From contig OZ024741.1 in the NCBI GenBank assembly GCA_964016885.1, positions 64,666,001 to 64,730,000 of the forward strand: a stretch of 64,000 nt of DNA. The letters are read 5' to 3'. Positions 56,701 through 64,000 of the stretch are shown piece by piece (positions within the stretch are counted from its first letter, which is position 1; every line of letters starts with the position of its first letter). The DNA is from Eledone cirrhosa. Its lineage: Eukaryota. The translations under genes and the position numbers were made by a program. A model generated the notes under the pieces. That model was given only the letters and a program-made list of their open reading frames with translations, did no database searches and was not told where the DNA came from.

Positions 56701-57706
56701 AGATTAATAATGATTTCTAATTTAAGCACAAGGCCAGCAATTTAAAGGGAAGGTAAAGTTGATTATATTAACTGTCAGTACTTGACTGGTACTTTATTTC
56801 ATCCTTGGAGAATGAAAGGCAAAGTTGATGATGGTAAGATTTGAATTCAGAACATAAAGACTCAGAAGAAATACTATAAAGTATCCTGTCCATCACTTTA
56901 ATGATTCTGCCAATCCACTACCCTGTTTCAGATTAATAATAACAATAATAGTTTCTAATTTAGGCACAAGGCCAGCAATTTGGGGGGCAGGGAGAATTCA
57001 ATATTAACCCCAACACTTCATTGGTCTTTTCTATTTTATCGACCTTAAAAGGATGAAAGACCAAGTTGATGGGATTTGAACTCAGAATATAAAGAACTAG
57101 AACAATTCCCACATTCTAATGATTCAGCCAATCCACTACCCTTAATTTTTTTTTTATTAGGCACACAGACCCAAACCTCATCTAGAACAGAACAGACCAG
57201 CCAGTTCATTTTTGTTGATATCTAGAGTTTCCTTGAGAATGCTGACTCCTTTGTCCACCACTAGTCCTCTATAGAATAGTAATATGGAACTTACACTAAC
57301 TACATTACCCAACTGATAGAAAGTAGTGAGTGCCTGACAACATTCCAGATACCTGGTCAAAGAGATGATCAATGGGAAAATATAACTGAAAAAGGGGGTA
57401 ACCACACATGCTTACTGTCCAGGAATTTTTGTGGATGCAACAATCTCACTCCATCATCAGCTATCATATACTGAGCCCTCTGCTCAGAGGGTGTTGAGAG
57501 GAGATGGATCTGCCTAAACAGTAAAATGTGTTCCATCTACAAGTGAAGAAGTTCCAATCTGGTCAGTTGGAAACTAGGGTAAGTCACAATGGTATACATA
57601 TAAGTTAGATAATGCTGCAACACTGACTTCAATTTCTCTCTCTCTCTGTTTTATTTATCATCATCATCATCATCATCGTTTAACGTCCATCTTCCACGCT
57701 TGCATT

Positions 57707-57730
<24 letters not shown>

Positions 57731-57737
<7 letters not shown>

Positions 57738-58803
57738 GGATCACAGGTAAGCTAACTAAGAATATAGATTTTATATGTGGCCGGTGCTCTGGTGCAATAA
57801 GTAGCAGCAAATGCCCACAGAATACTAGCTCATTCCATTGCACAGATCGTTCTATAGAAATAGTGGACATCTTCCGATACTTGGGTGACAAAATCAGCAG
57901 TGGTGGAGAGTGTTCTGAAAGTACAGTAGCCAGAGTCAGAACTGGATGGAAAAAGTTCAGAGAGCTTATACCACTATTAGCCACTAAAGGGTTCTCTCTA
58001 AAAATGAAAGGCAGGCTGTATGATGCCTGCATACGAACAGCAATGTTACATGGCAGTGAGACCTGGGCATTGTGTGCAGAGGATATACGCAGACTGGAGA
58101 GGAACGAAGCTTGCATGCTCCGCTGGATGTGTAATAGTAATATACGTGAACGGCAAAGCATAAACGAACTAAGGGAAAAATTAGGAATAAGAGGGATCAG
58201 ATGTTGTTTACTCGAGAGAAGACTATGTTGGAACGGTCACGTGATGTGCATGAAAGATGACAGCTGTATAAAAAAGTGCAGGGCAATAAAAATAGACGGT
58301 AGCCACGGAGTAGGCAGACCCAGAAAAATCTGGGACGACTTGATAAATTCCGACCTCACACACTTACACCTCTCCAAGACAATGTCACTGGACCGAGATC
58401 TTTGGCGCTACACAGTAATACAGAAGACCTGCCTTACCTAAGTACAAAGTGAAACCTACTACAGTCAGTAGGCACCTCTAACAAAAATACACCCCCACCC
58501 CACCCCTTTCAATGTAAAGTTATGTTGGTACCACAACATCCAGTCCAAAACAAATGAGGTCGTGTAGGTGTCACGACAAAAAAACACACAGTCCACGCTG
58601 TAATGTGGCCGTGTAGGTAACACGGTAAAAACCTCCCAGTCCACACTGTAAATGTGGTTGGTGTTAGGAAGGGCATCCAGCCGTAGAAAACCCGCCAGAC
58701 AGTCCTTTACGAGCAAGACAACCACTCTTGCCTCAAGTGGGAAAACTCCCGTCCAAACCCATGCAAGCGTGCAAGATGGATGCTAAACGATGATGATGAT
58801 GAT
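57731..58803 (+). mobile_element. RTE subfamily B-related copy (5'-truncated, older)
   Basis: ORF 57863-58441 similar to the B C-terminus; 3'UTR and (GAT)n; preceded by (TA)n. Confidence 0.92.
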
Positions 58804-58999
58804 ATATATAAATAAAACAGAGATGATGTACATGTTTGCAACTTCTGCCCAACCTTTCAGGGATAGCATCCTCTCAGCCATTTCTTGATACTATTAACAA
58901 CTTTGCTTGTAACCTCATCCCAGTACCTATTCACCTACAAGTCCTGACCAAACGAAACTCCTCATATATTATATTTATCATAAATACAAGGAAAGAGTG

Positions 59000-59894
59000 C
59001 CTTTATGCAATATACAACATCCACTGTGGAAATACAAAACTTGCGAAAGAATAATGGAAAAATAACACAAATAGTTACAAAATATAAACAAAACAAAAAA
59101 GTTCTTTTTATCTTCCAGGAAGCCAGCAAATACAAAAGAGTGATTGAATGACAGACAGTTATGAGGAGAAAGGAAAAGCAACAATAAAAAAGAAAATTTG
59201 CAACACTAGTTGAGAAGATCAAGACTCAAAGACGAGACTGACATATTCATGACCAAAACATAGGATCAAAACGTTCTTACCAAAAAACCATCAAAAGCAT
59301 GAAATGAAGCAGAATACATTAAATAACTGCAGGATATAATGAGATGGAGAAGAAACTATTAGCCACATTGTTTCTAGCTGCTTAACTTTAGCCAAGAAAG
59401 AATATATCTATCTACAGTTGCAGCTTTCATATACTGGAAGTTGTGACATTATCATCATCATCACTGGACCGAGACCTTTGGCGGTACTCAGTAACAGAGA
59501 AGACCCGCCTTACCTAAATATATAGTAAAACCTACTCCAGCCAGTAGGCATCTCTAACAAAATACACCCCGTCCCACCACCCCCACCCCCACCCCATCCA
59601 CACCACCCCGTTCTATGTAAAGTTATGTTGGTGCCGCGCCATCGAGGCCGAAACAAATGAGATCGTGTAGGTGTCATGACAAAAAAACACACAGTCCACG
59701 CTGTAATGTGGCCGTGTAGGCAACACGGTAAAAACCTCCCAGACCCACACTGTAAATGTGGTTGGTGTTAGGAAGGGCATCCAACTGTAGAAAACCTGCC
59801 AGACAGTCCTATGCGAGCAAGACAATCACTCTTGCCTCAAGTGGGACTACCCCCGTCCAAACCCATGCAAGCGTGGAACACGGACGTTAAACGT

Positions 59895-59925
<31 letters not shown>

Positions 59926-60530
59926 CATTACAGCATAATGATTATTTTCCATGCTTGCATGTGTAAGATGGGCTGTCACATTCTGAGGCTAAAACAAATC
60001 AGGTGACCATGTCATGCTCATATGTCCTGCATGACCTTCCTAATGTCAATCCCTTCACAATGTGTACTGGGAACATTTTTCGTGACACCATTACTACCAA
60101 CTTACAGGGTGGACTGGGTGCTTTTTGTAGTGTCATCAGAACTATCACATTGCAGCATTGTGGAATATCAACATATTAGTGGTAGTATAGAAATACACCA
60201 GAAAAGATGCCAGAAAGATCAAAGCTGATCATGTTGATATTATCAAAGGCCACCAAAATGAAATGCCTCAAAATCAAACTATCACTTGCAACAGATGATA
60301 ATGTATCTCCTCTCAAAGAAATGGATATATTATTCAAGTATATAGATCTGGAAATAGAGATAACCAAAATGTGGGGACTGAAAACAAAAAATTCCATTTA
60401 ATGACAGTTGCTTTTGGGATGATTAAAAATGTTCAGATAAATACATAACCCAAACCCCAGGACTTAAAAATATGCACAACATAAAGAAAATAGCAGTACT
60501 AGGCAATGTGCACATTATGTAAAATACTGT
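59000..60530 (+). pseudogene. Decayed R4/Dong-like RLE LINE, split by RTE tail insertions
   Basis: CRI..DGEETISHIVSSC..LAKKEY (zinc knuckle) at ~59328-59410, and DDNVS.LKEM...KY.DLEIEITKMWGLKT...KIAVLG (RLE) at ~60290-60520. Confidence 0.7.
59461..59925 (+). mobile_element. RTE subfamily B 3' fragment
   Basis: Nearly identical to ~8228-8677. Confidence 0.92.
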
Positions 60531-60865
60531 CATGGAGGCTGGAGAGAAATAAAGCGAGCATGCCTTGTTGGATGTGTAATGATAGTAGTATGCATAAACG
60601 ACAGGGTGCGGATAAACAGAGAGAAAGATGGATATAAAAGGAATCAGATGTAGTGTGCAAGAGAGGGACTGCGCTGGTGTGGTCATGTGATGAGTATGAA
60701 TGATGAAAAACCTGGGCAGAGGTGGTTAGAGTTGATCTCAAAATGTTGAACTGGAAAGTGGAGATAATGAAGAAACGCTATGAGTAGAGAGAGGCTGTGC
60801 TGGAAAGGACCTGTCCAACCCATGCCAGAATGGAAAAATGGACGTAAAAGAGTATGATGATCACT
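60530..60865 (+). pseudogene. Decayed RTE 3' fragment
   Basis: IKGIRCSVQERGLRWCGHVM followed by a diverged tail. Confidence 0.7.
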
Positions 60866-61764
60866 GTCAATACAAAAGAAAATACAAAACCAAACAAGTA
60901 CATACATATGCAAGTCCCAAAGAGCAGCACTTAGTTGTGCAGAGAAAGCTCATAATAAAAACAAGACTAATGAATAAAAATTATAGTCTCAAAAAGAACC
61001 TAGTAAGAAGTAATGCTATTACTCCTTAACATCCAGCACTACATCATATGAAGCAAAACAGTTTTGAAAAGTACAAAGCAACACTATGACTGCATCACAT
61101 TAAGTTTAGTTTATTGTAAATTTTCACAACAATATGTCCACTACTAAAGATCTTATAAAAATCTGAATTAACAAACACATTTTAATATATTTTCTGCTAA
61201 ATCATTGCAGGATGTTAAGAGTTAAGTTGTATGTATATACATCTATCTATATATATCTATATGTGTGTGTGTGTAAAGATATTATAAACATGTCTTTAGA
61301 AATTTTCTGTTAAACTGTTACAGGATGTTAAAAGTTAAAATTTCAAATTATCTTGAAACTTTCATATGTTAAATATCAAGTAGCAGAAAATTTAAAATTA
61401 AATAGTTACCCATTGGATTAAGAACTAAGAAAGTGAGTAAATCAGATAAAGACAGAATTCCCTTCACATGGTCTTCTTTATCAACAACCACAAGTCGATG
61501 TACCTGAAAATACAATAAATATTGGAATCTGAAAATGTTAAAATCTAAACACAGTCACTACAATGGTATTGTGATAGAAAATCGAGTAAAATACCCTTAA
61601 GGATAGAAAATAAGTGGCCATCAGCCACTACTGTAATGACTATCAGCCACTACAATAGTGATTGCTGAATTTAAACGGTTTCAAATTTCAAATCATCCAA
61701 ATGCATCGATAATCCGTAAAGTAAATATTGGAATTTCAAGATAAGAAGTAAAAACTAATCCATT

Positions 61765-62057
61765 AGAAAGGTTGTGAGTTCAATTCTCAGACTGGTTGAT
61801 GTGTTGTTTCCTTGAGCAAGACACTTTATTTCACATTGCTCCAGTTTACTCAGCTGTAGAAATGAGATGATAGGGACTGGGGTCCATATCATTCCACTGT
61901 AAAGTGGACGTGTAGGCGCCACGGCAAGAAAGCACCCAGCACTCACTGTAAATGAGGTTGGTGTTAGGAAGGGCATCAAGCTGTAGAAATCAAGCCAGAA
62001 TCAGTTCCCGTCCCACCCTTGCAAGCAGAGAAAAGTGGACGTATGATGATGATGATG
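61765..62057 (+). mobile_element. SINE family A, 5'-truncated
   Basis: B box, CORE-like block, RTE-like tail and (GAT)n. Confidence 0.88.
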
Positions 62058-62119
62058 CTGAGAAATGCTTATGTATTTTAAGTGGAATTTAAAAAGATAT
62101 GCATCAGATTATCAACTGT

Positions 62120-63005
62120 TAATATGGGCATTACTGTCAGCAACGATTTGCGTTGGACAAAGCATGTCTCTAAGATTGTCAAGAAGGCCGAGGGTGTCTT
62201 GGCATCACTCAGCAAGACCTTTGTTAGCCGCTCTCCAGCCGTCTATTTAAAACTGTATACAGCTATGGTACGACCACACTTGGAATTCGCATCATCAGTC
62301 TGGAACCCCTATCTTGCTCAGAACATTGACCTCCTGGAAACTGTTCAGAGACGTGCAACCAAGCGCATACCCTCCATCAGACACCTACCATACTCTGAAC
62401 GCCTTGCTTCCCTGGGCATGGATTCATTGAAGCTCCGACGTCTGGCAATGGACTTGGTGAATACCCACAAAGTTTTTAACCATCTCGCCAATTGCAACCC
62501 TGAGCGCCTCTTTGATCTCCATGTGTCTAACACACGTGGACATGCCTACAAGATCAGAAAACAGCACAGCTCCCATGAATTTCGTAGACATTTTTTCACG
62601 CTCAGAGTTGCTGAAGCATGGAACAAACTGCCTGCGTCAATTGTTAGCTGCCGAGACACTGCATCCTTTAAGACACTCATGCTTCCCGAAATACGCCAAA
62701 ACTACACCTGATGTACCCCTTCCATACACATGCACACGTGTGTATCATGACTCGTGCACTGTTCATTTTACTGATGTTTGTGCATTGCCCTATGTACTGT
62801 ACATGCACTTTTTTGATGAGTTGTGGTGCACCTGGGCACTGTACACAATATTTCATTATTGTTATCATTATTATATCATGACTCATACACTGTTCATTTT
62901 CCTGACATTTGTACATTATTCTATGTACTATACATGCACCTTTGATGAGTTGTAGTGCACCTGAGAACTCTACACAATAATTTCATTATTATTATTCATT
63001 ATTAT
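62120..63005 (+). mobile_element. CR1-clade LINE 3' fragment (open ORF2 C-terminus to 62711; duplicated 3'UTR; (ATT)n tail)
   Basis: GITVSNDLRW, LYTAMVRPHLEFASSVWNPY, LETVQRRATK, TRGHAYKI, FFTLRVAEAWNKLP. Confidence 0.9.
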
Positions 63006-63364
63006 AATCAAATATTCTAGGTCTAAACTTCAGTAGTGATTCTGAAAATAAAATATAATAGTAATAAATAAACATGAATGAAACAGAGTTTATATATAAA
63101 ATATATATCATCAATATCACTCAATGTCCATTTTTTCTATGAGTAAGGGTTGGATGGGTGACCACTTAGTCAGTAATCAAGTGGGGCCACTGACCTCTCA
63201 GATGGGTCAGGAGGCATTTAAAAAAAAAGAATTGCGATAAAATCATAATTAGAAGTGATTTAAAAGCTGAACAATGCACATGATAAAACATGTAAAACAT
63301 GGTTTTATAGAAATTTTTCAGCCTCTTGTCAAAGAATGGTAACTTTCAAATCAGAACAGTTTCA

Positions 63365-63525
63365 TTAGCTTTCAGTAATAAACTGAAATGTTTCAATTAG
63401 CCTTGAAAGGAATACATCGTCAGAAGAGGGTTCCTCTTTCCAAAAGTCAATAGGAATGAATAATCTTTGAAACAAGCTGATGTAGATTTCATTAACATTC
63501 TGCAAAATGGTGCTGCTTGTATCAC
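63365..63525 (-). CDS. Possible terminal coding exon of a gene starting beyond the window (GDTSSTILQNVNEIYISLFQRLFIPIDFWKEEPSSDDVFLSRLIETFQFITES*)
   Basis: TCTTATTAATACAG|G acceptor-like site; non-repetitive stop-free frame; family not recognised. Confidence 0.35.
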
Positions 63526-63584
63526 CTGTATTAATAAGATACTTTAACTCTTTGTATTCTATCATTCCCAACTTCCTATTAGTG

Positions 63585-63844
63585 TTAATCCTTTATCATT
63601 TAAACCGTCCGTATCTTACCAGAAATCTCTCACCTCTTTCTGTTCAAACTGGCTGTAACCAGTTTGAACAGAAAGAGGTGAGAGAATTCTGGCTTAACAT
63701 CAAACTGATGTTAAGGTATTGTCCTCAAAATAAACAATATCAAAATCTCATAGATTCAATATTATGTGAGATAATTGTGAGGTAAAGCCTTTACTGTGAA
63801 AATATAATAGTCAATATAGAGTGCTATAAATACTAAAGGGTTAA
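63585..63844. mobile_element. TTAA-flanked MITE with an internal 27-bp perfect hairpin
   Basis: TTAA-TCCTTTATCA...TACTAAAGGG-TTAA; homologous to 48847-49036 in the opposite orientation. Confidence 0.7.
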
Positions 63845-64000
63845 ACAATAGAATGTGTTTTATGCCATAAGGCAGAAGAGAAGATACGTTTCTTCTGAAG
63901 AATACCTAACACCACCACCCGAGTCATGTCAGCCTGGGTAGTGTGGGGAGAGCATTATCTTGTGTGTAGAAGCCCATGTGCAAGCTGCCTTGTGGTTTCA

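Noticed and set aside
56500-57520. Possible minus-strand exons (acceptor near 56667; frame QIHLLSTPSEQ... near 57416-57515)
   Set aside because: Short frames, no recognisable protein family, and splice signals could be chance

Overview
AT-rich eukaryotic (metazoan) genomic DNA dominated by (TA)n/(TACA)n microsatellites and transposable elements. The repeat mix suggests a mollusc, possibly an octopod; this is inference only. Bases 1-15 kb hold a nest of young, 5'-truncated RTE-clade LINE copies (two subfamilies) and their partner tRNA-derived SINE, all inserted in (TA)n tracts. Their reverse transcriptase carries an in-frame PHD finger, and one copy has a ~180-200 bp target-site duplication. 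The rest holds decayed CRE-, CR1- and R4/Dong-type LINE fragments, Merlin and mariner DNA transposons, a Helitron, MITEs, a solo-LTR-like insertion and many SINEs. The clearest host-gene signal is a CpG-rich promoter near 30.45 kb with a minus-strand Q/P-rich first coding exon (30210-30082). The most interesting observation is a set of short, mutually unrelated, non-coding elements next to (TA)n tracts that carry minimal type I hammerhead-ribozyme motifs (Penelope/retrozyme-like). Two are large fold-back palindromes with an outward-facing hammerhead in each arm, and two have greatly enlarged stem II domains. Most ORF-track entries (IYIY... proteins) are microsatellite artefacts. All calls were made by eye; no searches were run.
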